The notes under the pieces are model-generated. The model made no database searches. It was not told the origin of the DNA and saw nothing but the letters and a program-made list of their open reading frames with translations. 64,000 nucleotides of DNA from Callorhinchus milii (lineage: Eukaryota): positions 60,078,001 to 60,142,000 of the forward strand of contig NW_024704746.1 in NCBI RefSeq assembly GCF_018977255.1, given 5' to 3'. Within the stretch, counting starts at the first letter, position 1; the number at the start of each line of letters is the position of its first letter. Both the position numbers and the translations under genes were made by a program. This document shows, one piece after another, positions 14,366 to 27,500 of the stretch.

Positions 14366-14734
14366 GTCAAGCTTGGACATGATGACATTCGGAAAGGAAT
14401 GAAAAGTTATGTAAGGATGACCTCCTCAGGAATTAACCCAAACTGTTTCAAGGTTTCAGTTTGGTTCAGAGTACAAATAGAAATCAATGAGTCGAAAGCA
14501 AATCGTTTTTTTTAAAAAAAGACTTTCATCGATTTATTTTTTGGGACTTTTGCCAGTTTTGTGTCAAATCCTCATCTCACAATTAAACAATATACACAAT
14601 AATGGCTTTTGAATTACTACACCTTTATTTGGCAATGAAAAAGACACAACTTTACTACAAAAATATCCAGTCGAGGTTTTTTTCGGGTTCTCAACTTAGC
14701 TCAATTCAAATTAAAGTATTTTAGAGACCACAAG

Positions 14735-14753
14735 GTGCCACCAGGGGGCAGAA
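14735..14753 (+). promoter_or_regulatory. CTCF-motif match
   Basis: gtgCCACCAGGGGGCAGaa matches the CTCF core CCACCAGGGGGCGC. Motif only, no binding evidence. Confidence 0.5.
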
Positions 14754-15869
14754 CATCCCTGTAATTTAACATTGCCTTTTGGCCCTTGTCTGTCAAACAA
14801 GTCCCCATCATGTTCAATCATAGAAACAATACCTTATTTTGCTGTACTGACAAACTGTTCTCTTCACTTTTCCTGTCAACATAGTGTTAGTGCTTTTAAA
14901 CAAGTAACGTAAGAAATAAGTACATATGAAATGTATTGGCGGAAATTCCATCCAAGGTCTAACTCTACTTATGTGGCAATTTACAATGTCCAGAATTTGG
15001 CGAATTCGTAACTTTGAAGCTGGTTTAGAAAGCCAAATTAAAAACTTAAAAAGCCTGCTTCGAAACGCAGGCTGTATTTAGGAATTTGTCAAATTCTGGA
15101 CACTCTAAAGTGTTACAAAGACAGAGTAAATCTGGATTCAGATGATCACAAAATCACAAGATTGGTCTGAATGAAGAAGACCCTTCAGCCCCTCTGATCA
15201 GGTCCCTCCAGAACAACGAGACCCTACCATACCTCCCTTCACAGCACCAAGCTGATTTTTAAATTTCTCTCAGTAATATCCCTAAGAAGGGTGTCAGCTT
15301 GGTAGCATGCTCGCTTCTGAGTCAGAAGGCTGTGGTTTCTAAATCCCACGTCAGGGCTTTGAACTCATATAGTTTAAGCTTTTTGCCCACAAAATATAGT
15401 CATATTTACTTTGCAGTATATTCTGTGAAGCACTTTGAGACGTCTCAAAGACATAATGAGGCACTATATCAAGTGCAAGGATTATTATTATTAATATCAA
15501 GATAATATCAATGCTTTGCACACAGCTAAGTCCGTTGCAAAAAGATTAATGTTGTGATTTTATATGTGAATCGATGAATGGGGCCTCAAACAAGTCTACT
15601 TACCCAGTATACTTACCAACTTACCAAAACACAGCAGCATTTGAACAAGAGAACCCATCCCATTCAAGGGTGAACAACAGCAACAACAACAAAAATACAT
15701 TTGTAAAGCGCCTTTCAGTGTTTCGGACCTGAGCTGGGGGTCGGGATCGGGGAGGGTGGAGAGTAGGGAAAGTCAAATGGGACACTATAACAGCTCCCTT
15801 CCTCCCCCTAACCTCTCCACAAGCACACACGATAAGTGACTCCTGAGTTAATTTTCGCAGCTAAGTATT

Positions 15870-16677
15870 AAAATAATAATAATAATCATTGCATTTGATA
15901 TATTGCTTTTCACATCTTCTAGACGTGTCAAAGCATTTCACAGAATATGCTGTGCAATGAACTGACTGTATATTTTGTGGGCGAAACACAGCAGCCAATT
16001 GCGCACAGCAGTGTCCCACAAACAGTTGTGACCAATTTTATTACTGTTTTTTATCTTTAGGGATTATTTTTAGGAATGCGGAGTAATCCAGAACTTTGCA
16101 GCCCGTATCCTCTCCCGCACTAAACTCTGTGACCCCATCTCCCCCATTCTCACCCACCTCCATTGGCTCCCTATCCTTCAGAGTATCCAGTTCAAGATCC
16201 TGGTCCTCACCTACAAAGCCCTCCATGGCCTCACCCCACCCTCCCTCTGCTACCTCCTAACTCCTTACCAACCTGCCCGTTCCCTCCGCTCAGCCGGCTC
16301 TGGCCTGCTCCACGTTCCCCCGACCCACCCGCCTCACCATTGGCAGGAGAGCCTTCAGCCACTCTCCCCCAACCTCTGGAATTCCATCCCCCAGTCACTC
16401 CGCCTCACCCCCTCCTTAGCCTCCTTCAAATACAGCCTCAAAACCCTCCTCTTCGACCATGTCATCAGTTAACCCCCTTCCCTTCCCCTCCCCTCCCTGA
16501 CCCCAGCTCGGGTCTGAAATGCTGTACACTGTCCCACTGTCTTGGGACGTCCTCCCGACGTAATGTAATCTTGTTGTTGTTGTCAGGAAATTTGCCCAAG
16601 ATTTCACCCTGCTGGGAATCAAACCCAGGTGTCTCTCTTGCAAGGCGAGTGCTCTAACCATTGAGCTACAGGACTCC
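15870..16677 (-). mobile_element. tRNA-derived SINE split by a nested plus-strand L2 fragment (16075-16585)
   Basis: SINE tail/body at 15870-16070 and head at 16586-16677 on the minus strand. The intervening L2 3' region reads HWLPI..RIQFKILVLTYKALHGL-like. Confidence 0.75.
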
Positions 16678-17985
16678 TACAAGGAGATTTTTATGAACTA
16701 GAGATGCTTTCCACAATAATATTTGGTGCATTATTCTTCGGCTGTGAAATGTCCCTTAAGTCAAGTGTCTCATTAAAGAGTAATGTATTTTATTTAGCTT
16801 TAAAGTAAGTGTTGAGGAAGCGTGATAAATAATGTGGTCCATTCCCTTTGAGCAGGCCGACAATTTGAACACATTTTACCCATTAATCAAGCAGGAGCAG
16901 CATTATCTCCAGCTCCCTGGTGTGGCTCATTAATGTCAGTGATCTCATTCAGAATGAAACTGTGAAATGCATCATTTGCTGAGTTTTACGCCACATATTA
17001 CTGGTACAAGTAATATGCCTCACAAGCCTCCCTGCTATAAACATACAGTAATTCAAATGTCTAGCTGGAGTTTTCAGCTAAGCTTGCTTGATTTTTGGTA
17101 TGCATCGAATTATATAAGCTGTGAATTTTAACCACAGCTACTAATAGTCTCAGTGAGTAGATCAGTTTTGCCATGTTGGTGAATTCAAATGCTGAGGGTT
17201 TGGCTTGAAAATCTTATTTCACAAATCGCAAATTTTGCGCTGTTTGTGAAATATATAATTTGATGCCCACCAATGAGGCAATCCTAGTATTATTAGAAAA
17301 GGTGAATGCTGGAGGATTGAGGGGTGCGGATACTGGAGCAGAACCAATAATAATAATCATCATTATATTTGGCATAACGCCCACCTTTCACAGCAAGAGG
17401 ACATCTTAAAACACTTCACGGGATCTAATGTAAAGTGCAATGACCGTGAATCTTTGTAGGGAAACTCAGAAGCTAATTTGTGCACAGCAGTCCCACAAAC
17501 AGGGATAAATTGAATGACTAATTTTATTTGGAGGATTGATGGCCAGGACATTGGGAGAGACTCCCTCCCGCACACAATTGGAGATTGCAGTTCTATGTGT
17601 AATAGACTGATACAATGACTGTCAGCATAGATTTTGTTGCCAACACTAAAGCTTAGGCAAATAGTGGGTCTAGCTATTGGTACTGTCTGTACATTGATGA
17701 AAGGAATGGCTGGAGTGCTGCAGTTATTACTTTCCATCAGTCAATACCTCACTGTTTGACAGATGAATGCTCCTGTGTTTAGAGATGAAACTGACATTGA
17801 ATCAAAGGTTACTGAGGGCATCGGGTGACAGATGATACCCATGAGGAGGCAATCATAGAATTAATAGGAAGAGCAAGTGCTGGAGTGCTGGAGGATTGAG
17901 TGGTGAGAATGTTAGAGCAGAGAAAAGCCCTCTCTGTAGTTACCCTCTGCTTGCTCAGTGAGTGTAAGTGCTGCTTGCTCTTTTG

Positions 17986-18367
17986 TGGAATCCTATAGCT
18001 TAGTGGTTAGAGCAATAGCCTCGCAAAGCGAGAGGACCTGAGTTCAATTCCCAGCAGAGCGAAATGTTTCCTTACTCCACACGCCTCTGTTTACTTAGCA
18101 GTAAGTAGAACCCGAGAACTGTTAGTCGATGGGCAGGTTTCTTTTCGGGGGTAATAATTCCTTCAAAAAAAAATAATAATTTGGTCACTCAATCCACGAC
18201 TGCTTGTGAGACGCTGCTGTGTGCAATTGACTGCCGCTTTTGCCCACCAAACATACAGTCAATTCACTTTACACTACATTCTGTGAAGTTCTTTGAGGTG
18301 ACTCGAAGATGTGATAAGGCGCGATATCAAATGCAAGGATTATTATTATCATTATTATTATTATTAT
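17986..18367 (+). mobile_element. tRNA-derived SINE, near full length, (ATT)n tail
   Basis: Head tcctatagcttagtggttagagc...gagttcaattccc (A/B boxes), common body, tail aaatgcaaggattattatt. Confidence 0.85.
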
Positions 18368-21300
18368 CAGCAGCCCTGAAAGGCAGTTTCAGAATGGATA
18401 TTTGAGAACTTCCACTGACAGTGTGTCTGTCACCTGATGAAATCTGAAACATTGACCTGTATTTCTCTTTCCGGATGCTCTTCAACCTGCTCTGCATTTC
18501 CCATCACTTACTGTCTTTTTTTTGTATTTTATTTCACATTCACATCTGTTCATTCACATCTGAAGCAATGATATTAAATACCCATGAAGCAGTGAGGGCA
18601 TGAAACCTCCCTACAGATGGGCTTATCTGAACTCATCACATAATTTACCATAGGTGGAGATTTGGGAAGCTCTCAGATGCACTGCTCTCTCCATTACCCC
18701 AAGCGAATAAGATACAAACAGACTTTAACATCCGGTATACCTGAGAGGTCCAGTAATGTATTGACCTGCAGAAATTCATCCCCATAGTGCTGTAGCTTTT
18801 CCCATTAATCCTTTATTAATAGGGCATTGTGCAGTTGTCACATGAAAATACAGGGGAATATGCCTTTTAACCAATGTGAGAATAAATCAAGGTTACATTT
18901 TATTATAATAGCACATGTGGCAATACTTATTTCAAAGAGGTCCTGGAATTGTCAGTCAGACGGCAGATCTTTGGCTAGATCGTCCTTTGTTTGGCACTTG
19001 ACAGCTTTTCAAAGCACTTGGATTTGGTGTCGCTATTCAGAAATTGGGGGAACGGAAGATATTTTGAAATGCATTTTAACCTCAATCCTTAGATAAGGCA
19101 TTACAGTTGCAATTTTTGACGTGCTGTGAGATGCTACATTAATGCAATATAATATGCAGCGCTATATAAACGCAAGTTGTTGCTGTTGCCTTTGACTGCT
19201 GTATTTTTACGGCAGGAGCAATAAAATATTTTGCATTTCACTGCTGAACAGTATGTTTTCCCTTTCTCTCTCTCTTTTTTACTCTTTTCCACTCGAACAA
19301 CAACCAATGGCAAAATTCCTTGTTTGAAATGTTAATGGTGTTCAATTTACATTGACGAAGAACGTTTCACATCAAGAGGAAGTCTCAAAGTGCTTGACAA
19401 TGCTGAAAGGGCATCTGATCTGGGGATGGGAGCCGAGGAGGGGAGAGATGACCGAAAGCGCGGTCAAACAAATACTTTTTTAGACATGCCTCGAATGAGG
19501 GGAGTGTGCGAGTTTGTCAGAGAGACTCCAAGATGGAGTTTCCAGAGATTGGGGGGCAGAATGGCTGAAAGCCTGCCCGCCAATGACAGTGTCAAATAGA
19601 GCGGGAGACACTATTCACTGAGAGAAGGTAATAATAATAATAATAATCCTTACATTTGATATAGCGCTTTTCACATCTTCTAGACGTCTCAAAGCGCTTC
19701 ACAGAATATACTGTAAAGTGAATTGACTGTATATTTGTTGGTGTACGCGGGAGCCAATTGCGCACAGCAATGTCCCACAAACAGCCATGGATTGAAAATG
19801 ACCAATTTATTATTGTTTTGTTTTGGAGGAATTATTATTCCTTCCTTCAACCACACCGACCCAAGGGAGCAGCTAGGGTCGGTGTGGTTGAAGGAAGTTG
19901 TAGAACATTTCGAATCTAATGGACGGATTTGAAATCTTCAAACATTATTATTTGTCAACTGGGCTAGGTCAGCTTCTGTGTCGAATGTGATGGGGTCATT
20001 CCTCATCATTGGGACTTGAGCTACAGTCAAGGCTGGTATACAGAGCAGTGTTTGATTGTCAGAGGTGCTGCCCTTCAGATGAGGCATGAAACCAAGATCC
20101 TGTCTGTTCTTCAGATTCTATTGAAACAGAAAATGCAGCATTTCCTTACCAACAATTCTTAAAATTGAATTTGTCATAAAATGCTACTTATGAGACTCTC
20201 CTGATGCAAATTGCTGCCACCGCATTTGACAGTAATTCCTTATGAAATGTTTTGATGCTACGATGATTCAAGTTCTTTCTTTTATGTACCATCACAAGGA
20301 CTTCAACATGAATGGCTCTAGACAATAATAATAATAATCTTGGCATTTGATATAGCACCTTATCATGTCATCAAGACGTCTCAAAGCACTTCACAGAATA
20401 TACTGTAAAGTGAATTGACTGTATATTTTATGGGCGAAACGCGGCAGCCAATTGCTCACATCAGCGTCCCACAAACAGTTGTGGATTGAATGATCAACTT
20501 ATTATTATTTTTCAAATAATAGTAACAAAATCTAATAATAGAATCAACACTATTCATCTCAGGAAGTTTGTCCCCTTTGCTGGGACACAGGCAGCAAAGG
20601 AGCACTTAGGCTTTTATTTTCATCCAGTGCATTATTGGTACATTGAGGCCCAGTCAAGGTCATTTTGTCATCTGCTGGCTATTGAGTCGAGTGACGCAGG
20701 AAATCTATGCATTGTAATTTTAGTGATAATCACATGCATCTAAAGACCTTCTTCGGCAACCCGTCACAGTTTATTTTTAGGGTTTTTACTACCACAAGGA
20801 ATATTTGTGTAATTGCTGCTAAGCATCAAATGTATATTGGGGAGCGCTATATATAAAACAACCCTCCAATAAATACTGGATAATGGTTTTAATTCCAGGT
20901 GAATTCACAACTCCACTGGGTTGTATAAACGTATCTGGGCTCAGCTGGAGTAAATAGAAAAAGATTGCACTTCAACAGATTACCCTGTCAGATGTTGCAC
21001 ATTTTATAGCCCAGAACTGCTTCTAATGAAGCCATAAAACCAGGAGCTAGTTTTGTACAAAGTCATTCTAAAAAATAGTTCATGAAAATCTGAGTGAATA
21101 ACTGGGATTGCAGTTTAGAAGGCAATTTAATAAGTACAAAAGAGAATGAAATTACATCGGCTCATTGTTATAAATACCTGAGATCAAAACTGAGCACCAC
21201 ATCCTGAATTTAAAAAAATCCTCTGTAAAGAACAAGGTTAAAATGTGTGTTCAAAATCAACTGGCTTCTGAATAACAACGTGTACAAGCCCAGCTGAAAA

Positions 21301-21681
21301 AGGTCAAAGCGCTAATCATCTTGAATTCATACTTAACAGGGTTCATTATCAAACACTGAAAAATGTCCCATATAGGTTTACTCAGGAGATTCCAGTTTAA
21401 AAAGTTAACAGAATGAAGGAACAATGTTAAAATAGTTCGTAAGGACATAAGCATACTTCACTGACTTTGCGAAGTAACATCAGATAGTATTTACAATCAA
21501 AATATTGAAAACTCTTCCACCTAATCAATCCAATCGATATAATTTACAAACACAGACTGGTTTTCCACGCTACGTGTTAGAATTGCTTATGTGAAACGTT
21601 GCCACAAATGGCGTCATGTCGATGTTACATTGTATTTTTTCTCCCATTTTTGTTGTTGCACTTGCAGATCTGTGAGTGTGT

Positions 21682-21820
21682 TTAATGGAAAATTGAGCAT
21701 GATGGCATGAAATGATGAACCCATGTTCCAAGCTGATAGATTCCATAACACATCAGTCCAAACCACGCAGCTCTGATTACAACGCCCAGGGTTTTACTGA
21801 GGAATGAAGGAGCAGGGACG
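21682..21820 (-). CDS. TRABD: TRABD-like terminal coding exon (hydrophobic C-terminal anchor)
   Basis: Acceptor ccttctcttttacAG, phase 2. Hand translation (S)VPAPSFLSKTLGVVIRAAWFGLMCYGIYQLGTWVHHFMPSCSIFH*, versus human VPPPSVSGRVSRLAVKAAFFGLLGYSLY. TAA at 21684-21682. Confidence 0.88.
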
Positions 21821-21940
21821 CTGTAAAAGAGAAGGCATTGATGAATCTCTCACTTCTCTATCTAAAAAACTTTTATGGAGAGGTTCAGATTGGATATTTT
21901 TTTCCTTCCTGTGCTCTCCAAAAGGTTGTAGAATACTCAT

Positions 21941-22170
21941 GGGGGGAGAATTCCACCCGGGTCTACATTTAATCTATTAATATTGCATTTCCGAGAGTCC
22001 AGATTTTGGCAAATTAGCCTTGGCTTTAAAATTAATTTTATATTAAGGAATAAGGAAAGCTCACTGCAAAGGTGAGAGTGAATTCAATAATTTGTCAACT
22101 TCTGGGGATGATATGAAACACTAGGGTAATAGAGTAAATCTAGACCCAAATTCAAGGATTATTTCTCCCC
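21941..22170. mobile_element. MITE-like element with imperfect terminal inverted repeats
   Basis: Left ggggagaatt..gggtctacatttaatctatt and right aatagagtaaatctagaccc..atttctcccc. Related copies at ~14938-15140 and ~35138-35250. Confidence 0.6.
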
Positions 22171-22661
22171 AACAGAACCAATTTCTGCATCTCTGATTTT
22201 TTGCAAAACAATGAAGTTTTTAAATGATTTTTGCACACAGAAATAAAGCAGAATTTCCATTCAGAATAAGTCGGATGGACACGCTACAATCGTATTCTGT
22301 GCACTTTCTAGCACTCTTCCCCAATCACATGTATCATAAAGGTGACCTTACACTGTTGGGTCCCCCCAATTTATATTCTCCTGGTATGGTATCGCCAACA
22401 GTAAACACTCAACATACTTTATCGTAAATCCTATGAAGAACTTTGAGATGTTCTGTCAATGTAGTATATTGCTGCATCAAATTCAAGGATTATTGGTAAT
22501 AATAAACAATATATTAATCCTTACATTTGGTGTAGCACCTATCAGGAGGACGTCCCAAAGCGCTTCATAGGATATACTGTAAAGTGACTGTGTGTTTTGT
22601 AAGTGAATGTAGTATTATTATGGTGAGGAAGTGCTGCACCAAATTGATGAGTGAAGATTAC

Positions 22662-22773
22662 CTCATTATTTCTTGGATATTTAATTCATTATTCCAGTTT
22701 TTCTCAATTCCAGACACGTGACACATTCCAACCACTCCTACTATGACCGATGGTACAAATACTGTGGATTCAG
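22662..22773 (-). CDS. TRABD: TRABD-like coding exon containing the VVGMxH motif
   Basis: Acceptor tttgtttttcacAG, donor AG|GTAATC; 112 nt, phase 1 to 2. ESTVFVPSVIVGVVGMCHVSGIEKNWNNELNIQEIM, versus human VPSVVVGVVGMGHVPGIEKNWSTDLNIQEIM. Confidence 0.92.
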
Positions 22774-24008
22774 CTGTGAAAAACAAAGAAGAAATCATGG
22801 GATCACAGCAGGCAGCTTTGCCAGTTTGGAATAAAGTCAGTAGTATATATATATACATGTGAGGAAAACTATGAAGCTTATGTTTTCAATTATTGGTGGG
22901 TAAAATGTGGGATTTCCGATGGGATTCCTTAATAAGGAATTCTATTCAGAAATTCCACTCGAATCTGTCATTAAACCAAGATCTAATCTGCCTTTCTTAC
23001 TTAGAAAGGAGTTCCAGTAGCAATCTCTCATTTTCTTGTCTCTCAAAAAACAATAGTAATTTGGTCACTCAATCCACGACTGTTTGTGGGACATTGCTGT
23101 GCACAATTGGCTGCCGCGTTTCGCCCACAAAATATACCGTCAATTAATTTTACAATATCTTCTGTGAGGTGCTTTGAGACGACTCAACAATGTGATAAGA
23201 CTATATCAAATGCAAGGATTATTATTATTATTTTAGACCCTACTTGGCTTCATCTTGAACCTTATTAGACTATCGGGACCAAGGTTCCATAAAGTCAGGA
23301 AGAAAGCAAAGATAGCAAGATTCATCTAAACAGAGTCAACTGTGACACTCCATGAAAAAGGTTTTATTTGTCATTCAAAGTGAATAGCTGGAGATAGCTA
23401 TGTCAGAAAAAAGCAGGTTTGCGGGGAGGAATAAAATGGTTGTTTAGATAACCTTTATCTTCTCCATTCATCCAGTGTTTTGGGAATTTATCCATAATTG
23501 TCTTAAAATCAGGTTTGTAAAATATATAATGCAAATCTTAAAGAATAAAAACAACATATTTCATATCCATAAAAATTGGAGCAGGTGAGAAGAAATCTTC
23601 TTCACTAAAGCGACAGTATCACGGTTAAAGGGGCATTTTTTAAAAATATATTGGACAAGCACAAGCACTTACAGATTATATAGATAGGTATTAGAGGTTA
23701 TTGGGAAAGAGCAGAGATTTCCCAGGATATTAATCACTCCCCTACTAAAAAAAATGTGGTCACTCAATCCACGACTGTATATGGGACATTTGGGACATTG
23801 TCCGATCACCCACAAAATATACAGTCAATCCACTTTACAATATATTCTGTGAAGCGCTTTGACCTGCCTCGAAGACATGATAAGGCTCTATATCAAATGC
23901 AATTATTATTATACCAAATGCAAGGATTATTATTATTTTTGTTATAATTACTATCATAATTCGCACAGCACTGGTGTCGATATTCACCTCCAAATAAGTT
24001 GAACTTAC

Positions 24009-24181
24009 ATATTGAAGTTTGTGGCCGTTCGATGGGCTTTGCAGCCTGCCTGAGCATGTGAGTCAAATAGATATCCCGTTCAGTAATGAGAGTGTGGTAA
24101 AAAGAAGGCAAATGTTTACTTATACTCTTCTTCAGCTCCTCCAGAACGTCCCTTTGTTTCAACTTTTCCACAAACTCTTTC
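24009..24181 (-). CDS. TRABD: TRABD-like coding exon
   Basis: Acceptor cattttccAG, donor T|GTAAGT; 173 nt, phase 2 to 1. KEFVEKLKQRDVLEELKKSISKHLPSFYHTLITERDIYLTHMLRQAAKPIERPQTSI, versus human ...HRTIVSERDVYLTYMLRQAARRLELP. Confidence 0.9.
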
Positions 24182-24294
24182 CTGGAAAATGTTTACAGAA
24201 ACGTTATTTGGGAGTGGATTTCTTTGGAAATGAAAGGAGGATGGGATCAACAAGTAAGTGTTGCTAAAATAAAATATTTTCTATTCCCATTTAA

Positions 24295-24570
24295 GTGGTG
24301 TCCTTCAGCGAAACATTAAACTGAGGTCCCATCTTTGCCTTTTTAGGTGGATATTGATCCTGTGACACTATTCAAAAAGAGAAGGGAGTTTCTCCCGGTG
24401 TCCTGGCCAACAATCCCCCAAATAAAATTGGTCACCCACTTTTATGGGAGTCTGCTGTTGGCTAACAATTTGCCTACAAATACACAGTCACTACACTTTA
24501 CAGTATACCTTGTGAACTACTTCTGACGTCCTCTCAAGACGAAAGGCGCTATATCAAATGTAAGGCTTAT
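24295..24570 (+). mobile_element. DeuSINE-type fragment
   Basis: Core aaactgaggtccc...aggtggata..gatcc.gtgacactattcaaaaagag..ggagtttctcccggtgtcctggccaac. Confidence 0.6.
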
Positions 24571-25304
24571 TAATTTGAAATACTTAGGGTCCCAATATTG
24601 ATTGACTATCAAGCGATCCACGAATCATCTTTAGCAGAAAAGCATTTGCTTTGTTTCAAGGACATGCTACGATGAACGGCCTTTAAAGCACTAAATTCTT
24701 TTATATATCAAACTAATTCCAAGTGTCAATTATTTTTGCAATTTTTAGTTTATAAACATAGACATTCTCCTTTCAATATCTTTTTTACAATCATATATAA
24801 ATATATTGATCATCAAAAGGTTCCCGGGAATGATCCTTGGTCAAACGTTAAATGCTAAACTCAGTATAGTTTGTTGTGTATGAAGAAAATAATGCAAACT
24901 CTGAACTTACTTTAATAGTTTCTTCTGGGTCCCAGTACTATTCTGCTGAGAGTCCCACCTGGAAGGGCAAGAAGCAAGAAAGATAAGGACCAATGGATTA
25001 GAGATAGACTCTGTATTTACAATATGAAAAACATAAGTCTTAGTTCTACTTGAAAAAGTAAAGCGAAGGCTTAATCGATTATTCATAATAATAATAATCT
25101 TTGCATTTGATATTGCAACTTATCACATTGCCGAAATGTCTCAAAGCGCTTTCTAGGATATACTGTTTGTGGGTGAACGGAATTGATTATTGATTATTCA
25201 CAGCTAGTGAAAGCATATATAGGAGTCTTGGTAAGTATCTTGTTCTGGATAAATCACAAATAGATTTAGTGAAGTTCAGCAGATCTACTGCAATATATGA
25301 TATA

Positions 25305-25660
25305 GGACTAGGTTCAATTTCCGGGTGGGGCAGGTTAGGGCAAAACCTTAGGCAAGTTTCCTTACTCGACACACATGCCTCTGTTTACCTAGCAGTAAGT
25401 AGGAATCCAGATGTTAGTCGATTGGCGGATCAGTATCTGGGGGTAATAATCCCTCCAAAAAAGAACAATCATAATAATAATAATGTGGTCACTCAATCCA
25501 TGACTGTTTGTGGGATACTGCTGTATGCAATTGGCTGCCACATTTCACCCACAAAATACATAATCACTACACTTTACAGTAAATGCTGTGAAGCGCTTTG
25601 AGACGTCTCGAAGACGTGATAAGGCGCTGTATCAAATGCAAGGATTATTATTATATATAT
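25305..25660 (+). mobile_element. tRNA-derived SINE, 5'-truncated
   Basis: B-box ggttcaatttccc, with the same body and tail as the other copies. Confidence 0.8.
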
Positions 25661-26704
25661 TATTATATGGAGCTTTCTGTGTAGAGATTTCCTCTATCCC
25701 AAAGGACAGGAATTATTTTATCTTACAGTGCCTTCAACATATGCAAGATTCAATTTATTGTTTCTAACTCAGCAAGTTTTGAGTTATGCTTCATTACTAC
25801 AATTATATTTCAGTCTCTGAATACGGACCCAACGCTATTGAACCCTTTCACAATTGTGTTTTTTTTATATATGTGTAAGATAACAATCTACCCAGCTCAT
25901 AAAGAGTCCAGTATAAAAGTATACACGGCCTTTTCAATGGTTGTGATAAACTTCATAATATTATTACAAGATCACGATCACAGGATTAATTTGATTGAAA
26001 AAGCCCTTCAGCCAATCTGATCTCTTCGCTGCAGAACATCCACCCCGCAGTCAGTCCAATTAGTCCACACTGATGTTTATATTCCACTTGAGTATGATGT
26101 TTAATTATAATGTATTTCACAAAATATCACAGCAACAAGCTACTTTTTAGGAGACCAATGCTTTGGTCTCAACCACCCTTCCTGGCAACTTATTCTAGTT
26201 GTTAATTCCCCCAAATAACTGCGTAAAATAAAAAAATACTAATTTGCAAGCTTAATAGAGTGTTTAATATTCAATGTATCCAACAAAGCAATATGTCAAG
26301 CATATTGTATATATAAATATAATTTATATTTTTGCACGATTTTACATTGCTCTGCACCGATAGAATCACCTTTCAGAATGTGAAGCTGCGCTTAGAAAGT
26401 AGGTAATGTTGCTGAGATAATGAACAGAACAGCTGAATTTCCTGATTTAAGGTCACGACAATGTTCAAAGCACAGATAAACATCTTTCCACTACACCACA
26501 TCATGACATGTGTGCAATGAACAGACAAAGACACAATATATGGCAGATAAACTCCCCTAACCAAATAGAAGTGTCTATTGAAAAAGTAATTGTTTTTTTT
26601 GTTGGGGTGGGGTTGCACAATGTTTCAGGGCAAACTATCACAGCACTGAAATGTAGAACTTGAATGTAACATCCCTGAAGAATGCTGACGAGTTTTACCC
26701 ATAC

Positions 26705-26853
26705 CTGTTTTTCGTGATAATAAAGAAAAGGCTCATGAAACCAAAGCCAAGTTTAGCAATTTCCTGAAGGGAAAGCCCAGCGACAATTCTCTTAAAGGTG
26801 ATAAAGATAGGTCTGTCAGCCAGGTGCAGTTTACAAAATGGCACTTTTTTTGC
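26705..26853 (-). CDS. TRABD: TRABD-like coding exon
   Basis: Acceptor ctctctttcAG, donor AG|GTATGG; 149 nt, phase 0 to 2. AKKVPFCKLHLADRPIFITFKRIVAGLSLQEIAKLGFGFMSLFFIITKN, versus human ASKVPFCKFHLGDRPIPVTFKRAIAALS... Confidence 0.88.
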
Positions 26854-27134
26854 CTGAAAGAGAGATATTTCAACAAATGACACAGAATTACATAACAACA
26901 AAAAATTGCATTTATATAGTGCTTTTCACATCGGGGGGACATAGAGAGGTGCAGCACAGAAATAGGAGATTTTTGCCCAATTAGGACCGCACTGATGTTT
27001 ATGCTCCACTTGAGTTTGATGTTTAATTATAACGTATTTAACAAAATATCTGATAATCAAAGAAACTTACAGGACATAAACAGGCATTTTGACCCTTCAA
27101 ATCTGCACTGGTATTTTGTCACATTATGAGCCAT

Positions 27135-27500
27135 CTACAACAACAACAACAACTTCCACTTACATAGTGCCCTCCACGCAGGCTAGCGGCTCAGAGCGCT
27201 TCACAGTGGCGGAGCCTGACTCCGAGCCGGGGGGAGGGGGTAAGGTGGCCCTAAGCACGGTCGAAGAGGAAGGTTTTCAGGCGGGACTTGAAAATGGGGA
27301 GAGAGGGGGCAAGGAGGAGGGATTGAGGGAGAGGATTCCAGAGTTTCGGGGCGTAGTGACTGAAAGCGCGACCTCCAATGGTGGGGTGCGGGATGCGAGG
27401 GACGAGCAGGAGGCTGGTGCCAGTCGAGCGGAGGCGCCAGGTGGTGGACTGGGGAGTGAGGAGGTTGGAGAGGGAGGGAGGGAGGTGCCAGGGAGTGAAG
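27135..27500 (-). mobile_element. L2 LINE 3' fragment
   Basis: LRSTG...GGRAFSHYAPKLWNPLP...FKSRLKTFLF and a (GTT)n tail. Confidence 0.8.
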
